A stretch of DNA of 61,579 bases, the filler included, from Candidatus Woesearchaeota archaeon CG1_02_57_44 (GTDB lineage: Archaea; Nanobdellota; Nanobdellia; Woesearchaeales; CG1-02-57-44): the NCBI GenBank assembly GCA_001871415.1. It is 5 parts of 5 records of this genome, joined end to end, with 100 filler letters (N's around TTAATTAATTAA, not from the genome) between each part and the next. Parts side by side here need not be neighbours in the genome. Positions count along the whole stretch, not along the records: positions 28,696 to 41,058 come from MNWW01000040.1; positions 41,159 to 47,459 come from MNWW01000007.1; 3 more parts are not named here. One strand, written 5' to 3'. Positions 37,920 through 47,559 of this stretch are shown here, piece after piece. The notes beneath the pieces were generated by a model. That model ran no database searches and was not told the origin of the DNA. It saw only the letters and a program-made list of their open reading frames with translations. Positions within the stretch are counted from its first letter, which is position 1; every line of letters starts with the position of its first letter. The translations under genes and the position numbers were made by a program.

Positions 37920-38564
37920 CTATTTAGCCTTTCCCTTCTGCTGCGTCTTGCGTTCTGATTCCTGCGGTCGCGTCGTCCCCGGTCCCTTTGGCTGGCCCAG
38001 CCAACGATAGGTGAGCCAGAATATCGCCGCGAAGATGAACGCTGCGAGCGCCCACCAAAGCAGGCCGTACCAGAGCCATTGCCCGCCCATCATGCCAATA
38101 CCGTCATAACCACCCATCATGCCATATGCCATCATACCACCTCTTGGATGCGTTCCATTGTAGCCTACTGCCAGCTGCGATTCTGTATCACCCATCATGC
38201 CTCCGCCTATCCAGTTCCCTGCCGCGTCATAGAACTGCATGTCCTCCAGCGCTCCGGTGCAGTACCACTGCTCGGCGAGGTGGATGTGCATGAGGCGCAG
38301 GGATTCGCTTCCTTCTCCGCCCATCATGGCATCCATGGTCTCATGCGCCTCACCAGGGTTCATCTGCTCCATGACATAGTCGCCGACAGATTCCATCTGA
38401 GCCTGGTCAAGGTCCTCGCAAGGAACCTTAGCGTCGATGAGTTGTTTTGCCTCGCTGAAGTCCTCCATGGCGCTGACAGAGACGATGAGCAAGAGCGTGA
38501 TGAGCGCTGCGATGATAAAGGTTTTCGGTCGTAGGACCGGTCCTATGGATCGTGTCGTGTCCAT
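37920..38564 (-). CDS. membrane-anchored Met/Gly-rich protein
   Basis: N-terminal signal, HETMDAMMGGEGS, GGMM repeats, C-terminal TM. Confidence 0.75.
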   Translation of the reverse strand: MDTTRSIGPVLRPKTFIIAALITLLLIVSVSAMEDFSEAKQLIDAKVPCEDLDQAQMESVGDYVMEQMNPGEAHETMDAMMGGEGSESLRLMHIHLAEQWYCTGALEDMQFYDAAGNWIGGGMMGDTESQLAVGYNGTHPRGGMMAYGMMGGYDGIGMMGGQWLWYGLLWWALAAFIFAAIFWLTYRWLGQPKGPGTTRPQESERKTQQKGKAK

Positions 38565-38669
38565 TGTCTTCTCCTCCTGTGCTCGATATGCTCCACCGAG
38601 ATGCTCCCCATCATGAATCTTGTCGTGTGTGCGAGCCATGGACCGCGTTGCTGGCATACTCCCTGTCAC

Positions 38670-39155
38670 TCACTCACCCCATCGATAGATGCGGTCCTGG
38701 ATGGGCGGGATGCCGCTGATGGTGATCGAATACGCGCCATCTGGCACCATATCAAACACTATCTCGCCGTTGTTGTGATGGCTTGCCAACCTTGGCGCGC
38801 TGATCGGATGATACTCAGCTGACGATGTGCGCAGCACGACCGCCTCCTTGAGATTGACGCCGCTGAGGTCTACACTATGGGTATTGGACGCGTACGCCAC
38901 GACGAGCTTGCCATCCCGCATCATTGGTGTGAGCGATACTTCCACCTCTTCCGGGGCAGTGCTGCCGGTGGTCTGCGTGAGCGACGATGCGGCCTGTTGC
39001 GGTGCCTGCTGCGGTGCGGCTGACGCACCTGCTGCTGTCGCTGTGCCTGAGATCACCTGGGCTGCCCCGGCATCGACGCGCCCGAACAGGGCGAGACCGA
39101 CTCCTACGATCACCACCGCCAGCGTGATATACAAGATGACATCCGCGAATTTCAT
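38670..39155 (-). CDS. membrane-anchored extracellular protein
   Basis: N-terminal TM; NTHSVDL and SHH motifs; ATGA coupling. Confidence 0.75.
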   Translation of the reverse strand: MKFADVILYITLAVVIVGVGLALFGRVDAGAAQVISGTATAAGASAAPQQAPQQAASSLTQTTGSTAPEEVEVSLTPMMRDGKLVVAYASNTHSVDLSGVNLKEAVVLRTSSAEYHPISAPRLASHHNNGEIVFDMVPDGAYSITISGIPPIQDRIYRWGE

Positions 39156-39625
39156 GATGAACCCCCTGTGTGGCATCTCTTGACTCTGCGGTCAGCGATG
39201 AGCAGATAGACGCCCGCTACCACGACTGTTCCTCCCATGCCCCACGCGACAGCGAGGCGCGACTGCAGCCAGGGCGCGCCAGCGATGATCAGGCCCGCGT
39301 TGAGGACGATGAGGCCCCGGCTGATGCACCGACGGGAAAGATAGAGATACGACGTCAGCGCGAGCAGCGCGACCGCGATCCACCAGATGGGCAAGGCCAC
39401 TGTGGTGAGGAATGCCAGAGGCATGCCAGACACGGTGATTCCCAGGACCGCGAGCATGGCCACAAGCCCCAGGCAGACATTATGGCAGACCTGCCACGAG
39501 CCAAGGATGCTGGCCGCCCCTGATGCGCTTCCCGCCGCTGCGGCCAGTCTGCTGCCAGCCTGCCCAGGTGATTGCGGGGGATGGCTGGGAGAGCCTGCAC
39601 GCCGCAGCAGGGAGGCCATGCTCAT
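39152..39625 (-). CDS. membrane protein with CHNVC motif
   Basis: 4 TM segments; CxxxC in TM1; ATGA coupling at both ends. Confidence 0.75.
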   Translation of the reverse strand: MSMASLLRRAGSPSHPPQSPGQAGSRLAAAAGSASGAASILGSWQVCHNVCLGLVAMLAVLGITVSGMPLAFLTTVALPIWWIAVALLALTSYLYLSRRCISRGLIVLNAGLIIAGAPWLQSRLAVAWGMGGTVVVAGVYLLIADRRVKRCHTGGSS

Positions 39626-39753
39626 CGTCTCCCGCAGCAGCATGATCCGCCTGTTGCCTTAGCCGACGGTCTGTTCGCCTTGGTCCTACAGCAGCCGTCC
39701 TTCGGGTGCGCCGTATCCCCCACTGTCCTAGATTCCCTCTCCTCCTCAATCAT
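39622..39753 (-). CDS. 43-aa Cys-rich peptide
   Basis: MIEEERES...GCCR...GSCCCGRR; SD GAGGTG; ATGA overlap with next gene. Confidence 0.55.
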   Translation of the reverse strand: MIEEERESRTVGDTAHPKDGCCRTKANRPSAKATGGSCCCGRR

Positions 39754-39862
39754 ACGTTCCACCTCATTGTGCTTCTTTCTTTCTCCTCGCGGGATGGGAC
39801 GATCCTTCCGCCGCCCATCCCCTGCCACGCATCAAGATTTACTCCCCGCCACGCATCACGCT

Positions 39863-40555
39863 TCACCATTCCCTGCAGCAGTTAACCAATTCCTTCATCA
39901 CCTGCGCGATGCGGCTGAGCCCGCGAGGCTGTGATGGTTCGCTCAGGGCGTCATCAGCAGATGCTATTGGCTTGTCGCTTCCGGCGGATCCCTGCTTCTT
40001 GGACCTGCTTCGGTTGTCGTTGGCGCGCTCCTGCGCGTCCTGCTGCGGCGCCAGCGCGGCCTGGAGCGCATCAGGTGGGCTGCTATCCATCGCTCCCTTC
40101 AGGTTGATGGCAAAGAACAGCGACCAGAGCTCAAAGGCGCTGCGGAAGTAGGGCATGGCAGCGCCCTCGCCGTGCGCGGACAGTTCCTTGGTGCCCACTT
40201 CCGAGAGCCGCATGCTCGCCGCGAGCAGGTGCTTGCTGATGCACCACTCCTCTCCCTTGGGCTCCTTAACCATCTTCCTGAGCAGCTGCACGCGAAGCTT
40301 GCGCACCCCGTCCAGCATGGTCAGGTGCTCTTCGCTGTCCACCTTGACCGCAGTGAAGCACAGATGCTCCTCCAGACTGACCAGGTTCATGATCGCGAAG
40401 CTCAGGTCCTCATCCTGCGAGAGGTCGGCCTCGTTCTTTATGCCCTCCAGCCTGGAGATCCATTGCGTGACCTGCGCGTCTGGCGAATCTTCCTCACTGG
40501 CCATGGGCTCAGCCCCTCGGGCGGATACCTGTGGCCGGGTCTTGCCTGTGTTCAT
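39863..40555 (-). CDS. hypothetical helical protein ending NCCRE
   Basis: NLVSLEEH, WCISKHLL, CC terminus; ATGA coupling. Confidence 0.75.
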   Translation of the reverse strand: MNTGKTRPQVSARGAEPMASEEDSPDAQVTQWISRLEGIKNEADLSQDEDLSFAIMNLVSLEEHLCFTAVKVDSEEHLTMLDGVRKLRVQLLRKMVKEPKGEEWCISKHLLAASMRLSEVGTKELSAHGEGAAMPYFRSAFELWSLFFAINLKGAMDSSPPDALQAALAPQQDAQERANDNRSRSKKQGSAGSDKPIASADDALSEPSQPRGLSRIAQVMKELVNCCREW

Positions 40556-41058
40556 AGGATCACCTGCGTCATTACTGCCGCGATGAGCAGCAGACCAAAG
40601 GTCAGCAGCATGCCCTGATAGGGCATCTGTCTGCCACGCTTCGCGCTCACCCATGCGCTCAGCGACGGCGCAAAGACCACGATGGCAGCGCCGACAGCTG
40701 CGGTGACCAGGTACAGGTCGATCACGTATGTGCGCATGAACAAGGTCCCATAGTCACCGAACCAGAAGACCCCCAAGGGCACATTGACAAAGAGGACCAT
40801 GCGCAGCGGCAGCACGGTGGTCAGCCAGGACAGGACCACAAAGACAGGAACCTGCCATCGCATGAACCGCCGGACCCTCCTGCCGATCCAGTACCCCATG
40901 CTCGCCGCGAACGCGCCGATAAAGATGCCGATGACCGCGGGGTGCACGCCAAGCGCGACAGCGCCGCCCGCGGCAGCGGCCGCTCCCAGAGTGCACAGGG
41001 GGCAATGCGCCGCGGCGCGCGGCAGGGCGAGCAGGGACAGCAGCGACGCGAGCATGCC
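40552..41058 (-). CDS. membrane protein with HCPLC motif (possibly 5' partial)
   Basis: Signal peptide followed by AHCPLCT; 4-5 TM. Confidence 0.75.
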   Translation of the reverse strand, partial: GMLASLLSLLALPRAAAHCPLCTLGAAAAAGGAVALGVHPAVIGIFIGAFAASMGYWIGRRVRRFMRWQVPVFVVLSWLTTVLPLRMVLFVNVPLGVFWFGDYGTLFMRTYVIDLYLVTAAVGAAIVVFAPSLSAWVSAKRGRQMPYQGMLLTFGLLLIAAVMTQVIL

Positions 41059-41158
41059 NNNNNNNNNNNNNNNNNNNNNNNNNNNNNNNNNNNNNNNNNN
41101 NNTTAATTAATTAANNNNNNNNNNNNNNNNNNNNNNNNNNNNNNNNNNNNNNNNNNNN
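41059..41158. other. artificial contig linker
   Basis: N-run with TTAATTAATTAA. Confidence 0.99.
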
Positions 41159-41243
41159 CCTATTTTGGGACGCTTCTTTCTGTTGCGGTCTGTTTTGATT
41201 TTTAAGCCTTATTCGTGCTGTATGACTGGCAATGGAGAAGAAA

Positions 41244-41317
41244 TGGGCCCGCGGAGATTTGAACTCCGGACCATCCGATTATCAGTCGGACACTCCACCA
41301 GACTAAGCTACGGGCCC
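41244..41317 (-). tRNA. tRNA-Ile(GAT)
   Basis: GGGCCCG/CGGGCCC-A; TCCGA-CTGATAA-TCGGA; CGGAG-TTCAAAT-CTCCG. Confidence 0.97.
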
Positions 41318-41348
41318 AATCAAGAGGATGCGATATCCAATGGGTACA

Positions 41349-41421
41349 CGCCCCCGGGCAGACTCGAACTGCCGACCTTGCGGTTAACAGCCGCACGCTC
41401 TACCTACTAAGCTACAGGGGC
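41349..41421 (-). tRNA. tRNA-Asn(GTT)
   Basis: GCCCCTG/CGGGGGC-G; TGCGG-CTGTTAA-CCGCA; GGCAG-TTCGAGT-CTGCC. Confidence 0.97.
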
Positions 41422-41561
41422 AACTAGGGCGAAAAATTGGGGAATTGTATTTAAAGTTATTGGCGAGGCCGGCTCTGCCCCGGAGGGAGTAGAGCACAAC
41501 GAACAGGTCGCTATCTGGGCAGGTGCTAATCACATCAGCGCGCAGGGGCATTTCCATTAGG

Positions 41562-43067
41562 TCATTTCACACTGACCGCCGGTACGAAACTGCGGGCAGC
41601 CAAGTCCCGGGCATAGCTAACATTGCTTGCGATGATGTCCGGCACCGCGCCGACGTACAGCTCAAGCTGACCGCCCAGGATGGCCCGCTGCGTCTCAGTC
41701 ATCTGGCTGTGATACGCGTGAGCAAAGTCAGGATCCGTCATAGCCACATCCAGCAGCCTGCTGCCGTCCTTCTGCGCCTGGATAGCAACCTTGTTGACAA
41801 AGTCATGACCGGGCCCGTACGTACTGCTCCGCCATCCTTCGACACCGCGCAATATGGCGGTCATGGCTTCTCCCGGATTGTCGCGGACGCGCTGCAGATT
41901 AGCCTCGGCATTGTCACGCACAATGGTGAGGCCCGGCAGGCACCGCTCCCCCATGCGGGCATGCATCTCATGCACCATGACCATCATGCCCTGCGGCTCA
42001 TAGCGACCCATGACTGAATTGGTCAGGTCGCGCTCCAGGTCAGACGGTATCAGCTCATACACGATGCCCATGAGATGCTTGAGCATCGTCGCCTTGCCGA
42101 TGACATTCTCATAGTTGACAGGATTGTTCTTGGTGGCGTCAGCGCTGCTCAGTCCCAGCAATGCCGCGTCCGTACTGGTGGTGACTTCCGCGATGCCGGT
42201 CGCGTACAGGAGACGGATATCATTCGCGAAGTCGCCCAGCACCATGCCCAGCGTCGCGATAGCGTGGGCAGCATCAGCGAGATTCTCCCGTGGGACAATC
42301 TGCGATGAGCCGCGATGGGGCAGCAGCCCAAGCTGCGCGAGCACATCGCGCTCGAAACCAAGCGCCCCTCCCACACCGACGACCTGCTCGATGCTCGCTC
42401 CGGTGCCGACGATGCCGCGCACTTTGCCGCGAAGATTAGCATAAGCGTCGTCGCATCGCATAAAACGGTCTGCCAGCCGTGCCGCGTACTGGGCGAAGTG
42501 CCAGCCGAAGGTGACAGGGGATGTGCCTTGCAGGTGCGTCCTGCCCACACGAAGGACATCAGCGTCATGCACAGCACGATCGCACAACGTGTGGATGACA
42601 CCCCCGACAACAGGCCTGACCGCCTCCGACCATGCGTCGCGGAACAGCACGGCGCGCAGCGTATCAATGACATCATAGCTTGTCGTTCCCGGATGCAGCA
42701 GGACCGCAGTCTCGTCCGAAAGGTGCCTGCCCATCTCAGCGAGCGAAGCCAGAACGTCATGGCGCATCCTGCCTTCCAGCAGGTGCATGTTCTCCGGGGA
42801 GAAGTCGGCTGTAGCTGCCCGGAACTCCTGTAGCGCCGCGGCGGGCGCCTGCCCATACGCGACACGCGTCGCCAGCAGCGCGTCCTGCACCCGCGCCATG
42901 CCAAGCCACTCAGCGCGAGGTGTCAGGTAGGCGTCCAGCTGATGCCGCTCCTTGCGGTATTTGCCATCATTGGGGCTGGTGCAACCGAGACCGTCCACCA
43001 GATTGTCCTGCTCTTCAGGTCGTAATTCACGGAACAGGTCCAGCGCGTCCGTGCCATCGCGCGCCAT
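41562..43067 (-). CDS. purB: adenylosuccinate lyase (divergent)
   Basis: RHDV, HPGTTSYD, GRTHLQ, SSQIVPR, SSADATKNNP, ERDLTNS. Confidence 0.88.
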   Translation of the reverse strand: MARDGTDALDLFRELRPEEQDNLVDGLGCTSPNDGKYRKERHQLDAYLTPRAEWLGMARVQDALLATRVAYGQAPAAALQEFRAATADFSPENMHLLEGRMRHDVLASLAEMGRHLSDETAVLLHPGTTSYDVIDTLRAVLFRDAWSEAVRPVVGGVIHTLCDRAVHDADVLRVGRTHLQGTSPVTFGWHFAQYAARLADRFMRCDDAYANLRGKVRGIVGTGASIEQVVGVGGALGFERDVLAQLGLLPHRGSSQIVPRENLADAAHAIATLGMVLGDFANDIRLLYATGIAEVTTSTDAALLGLSSADATKNNPVNYENVIGKATMLKHLMGIVYELIPSDLERDLTNSVMGRYEPQGMMVMVHEMHARMGERCLPGLTIVRDNAEANLQRVRDNPGEAMTAILRGVEGWRSSTYGPGHDFVNKVAIQAQKDGSRLLDVAMTDPDFAHAYHSQMTETQRAILGGQLELYVGAVPDIIASNVSYARDLAARSFVPAVSVK

Positions 43068-44171
43068 CTACCACACCTCATAGGCGCCCATCGCCCATTG
43101 CTTGTAGCCTTCGCTCGCCTGCTGCAGCGAGGCGACCCCTGGGAAGACGTCACGTCCGCACCACGCGTTGGCCAGCGCCTGAAACAACGTGGAGCCATGA
43201 TGAATAAGCTCATCCGGGACGCCCGGCGCTGCTGGATACTGGCTCTTGGGAACACCCGCCTTCTTCGCCGTTGTGAGCGCGGCCACCCATCCGGGTTCCG
43301 CCGCATCATAGTGGTCGCGGTAGATCTGCTTGCTCGCATTGACAGCTGCTGCCGGATCATGGTTCTTGCCGGGCACGAACACGTCAAGTCCTCCGTGCAT
43401 GAGCTCGCGCAGGTCCCCGAACCGTCCGATATACGCGCCAGTTATCTCGTCCACAGCGAGCGGAACGTCCGTGAGCACCAGATCTCCAGCTGAGTCCAGC
43501 GCCCATTCCACCTTGAAGTCGAAGGGTAGGTAGCCGACCTCCCGGCCGCGCCCGAGCGCGTACTGGTTTATCTGGCGGGTCATGATGTCGATGGTATTGG
43601 CCTGCGCCACCGGCAACTGACAGAGCTCGCACAGCTGATCCCACGGCAGGTAATCATCCCCAGCGCGAAGCTTGGTGCTGCCATCGCCAAAGGCCTTGGG
43701 CAGCACGACAGGATACGATTCAGGCATGCCCGACAGACCTAGCTCCCGTGGGGTCAGATCTCCGGCTTCCAGCCGTTTTCTCGCGGAACTGGTGTACGTG
43801 ATGACATTGCGGATAATCCATTCAATCGGGACAAGCACATCATGGGTGGGCATTGCTCCCGGCTCTGTCTCCGGGTCAAAGACTGCCACTTCCCTGACAG
43901 CAATGGCATCGTCAGCTATCTGCTCGATGAACGTGGTCGGGATGCCCCTGGCCTCCAGCTGCTCAAAGTTATAGACGCTCATCGCGCAGAGCGCTTCGCC
44001 TTTATGTGGCGTGGTCCAGGGCAGCTTGCCGTAGTCCTTGACTGAGCTATCGTCAGTGAAGCGGAAGCCAAGTATACGGGTCCCCCTGCCATGCGCGTCC
44101 TCCAACACATGGATATCTTTCACAGAGCCGACAGCAAGCAGTTCCAGTCCAGTTGGGTCAAAGAGCGCCAT
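43068..44171 (-). CDS. purC: SAICAR synthetase (divergent)
   Basis: GSVKDI, FTDDSSVKD, KGEAL, PIEWIIRN, DFKVEW, SKQIYR. Confidence 0.88.
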   Translation of the reverse strand: MALFDPTGLELLAVGSVKDIHVLEDAHGRGTRILGFRFTDDSSVKDYGKLPWTTPHKGEALCAMSVYNFEQLEARGIPTTFIEQIADDAIAVREVAVFDPETEPGAMPTHDVLVPIEWIIRNVITYTSSARKRLEAGDLTPRELGLSGMPESYPVVLPKAFGDGSTKLRAGDDYLPWDQLCELCQLPVAQANTIDIMTRQINQYALGRGREVGYLPFDFKVEWALDSAGDLVLTDVPLAVDEITGAYIGRFGDLRELMHGGLDVFVPGKNHDPAAAVNASKQIYRDHYDAAEPGWVAALTTAKKAGVPKSQYPAAPGVPDELIHHGSTLFQALANAWCGRDVFPGVASLQQASEGYKQWAMGAYEVW

Positions 44172-44339
44172 TGCATCACCTCAGGTCGAGCCAAAATCAG
44201 AGCATATATAGTTTACGCAGAAAGGCCAGCCCCTTCCGTAATTTCAAGGTGAAGATTTGTGACCGAGGCATGACAAAACAAAAAGAAAATAGAAATAGAG
44301 TAAGAGTAGCAATGACGATTCGAAATAAGGCTCGTCAGC

Positions 44340-44981
44340 TCATTCCGCCTGCGCCTTCTTCCAGAAAGCCATGTCCTGCAGCTTCGTGCGCCACGCAATT
44401 AGATTCGGATAGCCGCTCAGGTTGACCTCTGCGCGCTTCGCGGCGTCGAGCACAGACAGCAGCACGACATCCGCGAGCGTCAGCTGACCCGATGCAAGAT
44501 GACCCTGCTTGCCGAGTTGCGCCTCGATGATAGGCAGGAACCGGTCAAGGAACTGCTGCCCTTCAGCAACAGCAGCTTCATCCACAGGCTTGCCGCGCAG
44601 GGGCCCATAGACCTTCGCGCCCATTATCTTATACATGGCGCCGCCCACATGCTGGATGGAGAAGTCTATCCACTGGTCGACCAATGCGCGCTCCCTGATG
44701 CCAGACGGATACAGCGCCGCGGACGCCGTTGCCGCATCGCCACCGCCCCCCGCCGCCTTCGCGCACAGATACTTGCACATAGCGACGCTCTCGAAGAGCG
44801 CGAAGCCATCATCGTCTAGCGCCGGCACTTTGCCAGCGGGGTGTATCTTCAGGAACCATTCCGTCTTCAGGTCCTTCTGAAAATCCATCTCCCTGAACGA
44901 ATACTCTAATCCGAGTAATTCAGCCGTATACACGACCCTGTTGCTGTTGCCTGAATGCTTATTGCCATAGATAGTCAGCAT
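44340..44981 (-). CDS. gst: glutathione S-transferase
   Basis: SGNSNRV, HPAGKVPAL (cis-Pro), LFESVAM, TLAD. Confidence 0.93.
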   Translation of the reverse strand: MLTIYGNKHSGNSNRVVYTAELLGLEYSFREMDFQKDLKTEWFLKIHPAGKVPALDDDGFALFESVAMCKYLCAKAAGGGGDAATASAALYPSGIRERALVDQWIDFSIQHVGGAMYKIMGAKVYGPLRGKPVDEAAVAEGQQFLDRFLPIIEAQLGKQGHLASGQLTLADVVLLSVLDAAKRAEVNLSGYPNLIAWRTKLQDMAFWKKAQAE

Positions 44982-45137
44982 GTGTTCACCTCGTCATCAG
45001 GGGATCCTCTCCCCATAATCCTTGCAGGACCATAAGTTTGCAGTACCTAACTACGCAAGCAGCACCCCATAATAAATCTTGTGGTAGCCCCGAGGATGAT
45101 AGCAAAGCATAAATATCACGGACAGGCCGCCCTGTGT

Positions 45138-45749
45138 ATGCCAGTACATCATCACGAGCACGGCGGCAGATCCTCCGCAGAGCTTGTCGACATACCAAAG
45201 ACTATCAGCCTGCTCGCAAGACCCGGCCAATCGCTGTTGGACATCGGCTGTGGACCGGGGGATTACCTCACCGAGGCCAAGAAGCAGGGCATCGCCGCTA
45301 TTGGCCTTGACATCCACGGGCCGTCCCTCGCTGCTGCGCGTGGTCGCGGCTGCGAGGTGATAGAGGCTGACGCCACGGAGAAGGTTCCCCTGCCCACCGC
45401 GAGCCAGGAGACGATCCTGCTCGCTAATGTGCTGCATGGCTTCGTCGCCAATGGTCAGGCGCAGCAAGCCTTCAGGGAGATACGCAGGGTGCTCAAGACC
45501 AACGGCACCCTCGGGATAGTGGAGTTCTATAAGACAGATGAGCCCGGGCCGCCAAGGAGCGTGCGGCTCACCGTGGCAGGCGTAAAGCTGCTTGCCGGGC
45601 GCAATGGATTCACACCCGGGACCACGACCCGTGTGGGCGCGCATAACTACCTGGTGCTGCTCCAGAAGAATGCGCGACCAACGCTCCGAGCCGCAAGCAA
45701 GAGGAAAAGCCCACCAAGGAGAAGCAGCCGCAGACCTGCAAACCAATAA
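45138..45749 (+). CDS. class I SAM-dependent methyltransferase
   Basis: LLDIGCGPG, RRVLKTNG; His-rich N-terminus. Confidence 0.9.
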   Translation: MPVHHHEHGGRSSAELVDIPKTISLLARPGQSLLDIGCGPGDYLTEAKKQGIAAIGLDIHGPSLAAARGRGCEVIEADATEKVPLPTASQETILLANVLHGFVANGQAQQAFREIRRVLKTNGTLGIVEFYKTDEPGPPRSVRLTVAGVKLLAGRNGFTPGTTTRVGAHNYLVLLQKNARPTLRAASKRKSPPRRSSRRPANQ

Positions 45750-45771
45750 GGGACCAGGGGGTACCATCACC

Positions 45772-46215
45772 ATGCCACATCGCGACATCTCCTGCATCGT
45801 CATCCTTCGCGAAGAAGACAACGCAGTCCTGCTGCAGGACCGCACCGGCATCTCCAAGTTCGGCGAGGAGTGGACCATCTTCGGAGGCGGTGTCGAACAG
45901 GGCGAGACCTTCGAGCAGGCATTCGCCCGCGAAGCCATGGAAGAGCTGAAGCTGGACGTCACCACAGTCCCCTACAGTCTGATAGGGACCTACGAAGAAG
46001 CGGAGACCAATCTCAAAGGCGAGTTCTGGACACTCAAAGCCAAGGCATTCCTGATGCGCCTGACGCAGACTCAGATAGACTCATTGGTCCAATGCGAAGG
46101 ACAGGGCATGCGCATCGCGTCGTTTGATGAGGCAGAGCAGCTGCGCATCGGCCCATTCGACCGCAGGATAATCGCTGACCTGAAGAAGCTGCACCCGACA
46201 CCCCCACAGTCCTGA
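45772..46215 (+). CDS. NUDIX hydrolase
   Basis: GGGVEQGETFEQAFAREAMEEL Nudix box. Confidence 0.93.
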   Translation: MPHRDISCIVILREEDNAVLLQDRTGISKFGEEWTIFGGGVEQGETFEQAFAREAMEELKLDVTTVPYSLIGTYEEAETNLKGEFWTLKAKAFLMRLTQTQIDSLVQCEGQGMRIASFDEAEQLRIGPFDRRIIADLKKLHPTPPQS

Positions 46216-46263
46216 ATGTTCGGTCCATCAAATTTATATAGAAGTTCTACAAATTCGCTTTGC

Positions 46264-46719
46264 ATGAAAAAGACCATCACCACAATCCTCGCAGCGCTCG
46301 CTGTTGTCGCCCTTGTCGGCGGCGTGGTGTTCCTCAGGGCTGATGCCCCCCGCGCGCCGCCACCGACAGCGACCACAGAGAAGACCAACGCATACCCCGA
46401 CATGCCATCAGGCGGCATGCAGAGGGACCAAGCACCACCCTCAGTCCCTGACGATGCTTCGATTAGCGCTCCTTCCAGTGGGCCGGCAGTGACTATGGCA
46501 GAGCTTGCCACGCATAATTCCCAGGAAGATTGCTGGGTAGGCTTCGAGGGTAAGGCCTATGACATCACCGCGTTCCTGCCCAATCATCCGGGAAGCGCCG
46601 AGGCCATCGCACCGTATTGCGGGACAGAGAAGGAATTCACCGCTGCATTCACAGGCAAGCATGGCATGGGAAAAATCGATGTGCTGATGCAGGAAGGCAT
46701 CTACCAAGGTGATATCTGA
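46264..46719 (+). CDS. membrane-anchored cytochrome b5-like heme-binding protein
   Basis: ELATHNSQEDCWV...YDITAFLPNHPG...FTGKH; N-terminal TM. Confidence 0.9.
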   Translation: MKKTITTILAALAVVALVGGVVFLRADAPRAPPPTATTEKTNAYPDMPSGGMQRDQAPPSVPDDASISAPSSGPAVTMAELATHNSQEDCWVGFEGKAYDITAFLPNHPGSAEAIAPYCGTEKEFTAAFTGKHGMGKIDVLMQEGIYQGDI

Positions 46720-47219
46720 TGAACCAGGAAGACAGCGACGACCATCACACACCGACGAAGCAGCCGAGAACAGCGCAGGAGGAGAAGCAGATGCTCCAGC
46801 GCGATCAACGTGCAACAGGCACGAGCCCTCCACCATACCGGCGCTACGCCCCGCTCATCCTGCGCCTGGGCATCAGCGTCGTGTTCCTCTGGTTCGGTTT
46901 CACGCAGCTGAAGAACCCTGCGAGCTGGACAAGGATGGTGCCGGCGGCAGTCTCATCCATTTTACACATCTCCACGACGACGCTCATCTATCTCAACGGC
47001 GCCTTTGAAGTCGTCATGGCGACGCTCTTGTTGCTGGGCCTGCGCACGCGCCTCATCGCGACGCTATTGGCACTGCACCTGCTCGGCATCACGTCCATCG
47101 TCGGCTACGGACCGACAGGAGCGCGTGATCTCGCGTTGGCGCTGGCCACCGCATCGATCGCTCTTGCCGGGCCCGATAGCTTCTGCCTGGACAGGAAAGC
47201 CAATGACGCTTCGACATGA
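46719..47219 (+). CDS. DoxX family membrane protein
   Basis: LILRLGISVVFLWFG, GAFEV, LLLLGL.TR, RDL. Confidence 0.85.
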   Translation: MNQEDSDDHHTPTKQPRTAQEEKQMLQRDQRATGTSPPPYRRYAPLILRLGISVVFLWFGFTQLKNPASWTRMVPAAVSSILHISTTTLIYLNGAFEVVMATLLLLGLRTRLIATLLALHLLGITSIVGYGPTGARDLALALATASIALAGPDSFCLDRKANDAST

Positions 47220-47244
47220 TGACTGGACGCGCCAAAGATGGGCG

Positions 47245-47384
47245 ACGATAACAAAAATCCGCCACTCGGCGCTAACCGCGGCCTGAAGGCCGCGGTATTA
47301 CCGCGCCTCGTCATTGCAAGCGGATTTTTGAATTGCAAAGCACGTCCTGAAGGATGGGGTATTCAACCCCGTGCTTTGCAATAA
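47245..47384. mobile_element. 140-bp palindromic non-autonomous element, copy 1 (IS200/IS605-like ends, PATE-like)
   Basis: Matches 59136-59275 except at 2 nt; two X-CCTGAAGG-X'-GTATT hairpins. Confidence 0.7.
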
Positions 47385-47391
47385 AGAAAAG

Positions 47392-47459
47392 TGGACTCGC
47401 CGGGATTTGAACCCGGAGTCTCCGCCTTGCGAAGGCGGCGTCATACCGGAGTAGACCAC
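47392..47459 (-). tRNA. tRNA-Ala(CGC), 5' end cut by contig end
   Basis: CCGCC-TTCGCAA-GGCGG; CCGGG-TTCAAAT-CCCGG; 3' CGAGTCC-A (U70). Confidence 0.92.
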
Positions 47460-47559
47460 NNNNNNNNNNNNNNNNNNNNNNNNNNNNNNNNNNNNNNNNN
47501 NNNTTAATTAATTAANNNNNNNNNNNNNNNNNNNNNNNNNNNNNNNNNNNNNNNNNNNN
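47460..47559. other. artificial contig linker
   Basis: N-run with TTAATTAATTAA. Confidence 0.99.

Noticed and set aside
41159..41243. 96-bp unit downstream of tRNA-Ile
   Set aside because: No duplicated 3' end or hairpin is visible before the contig ends, so it cannot be supported
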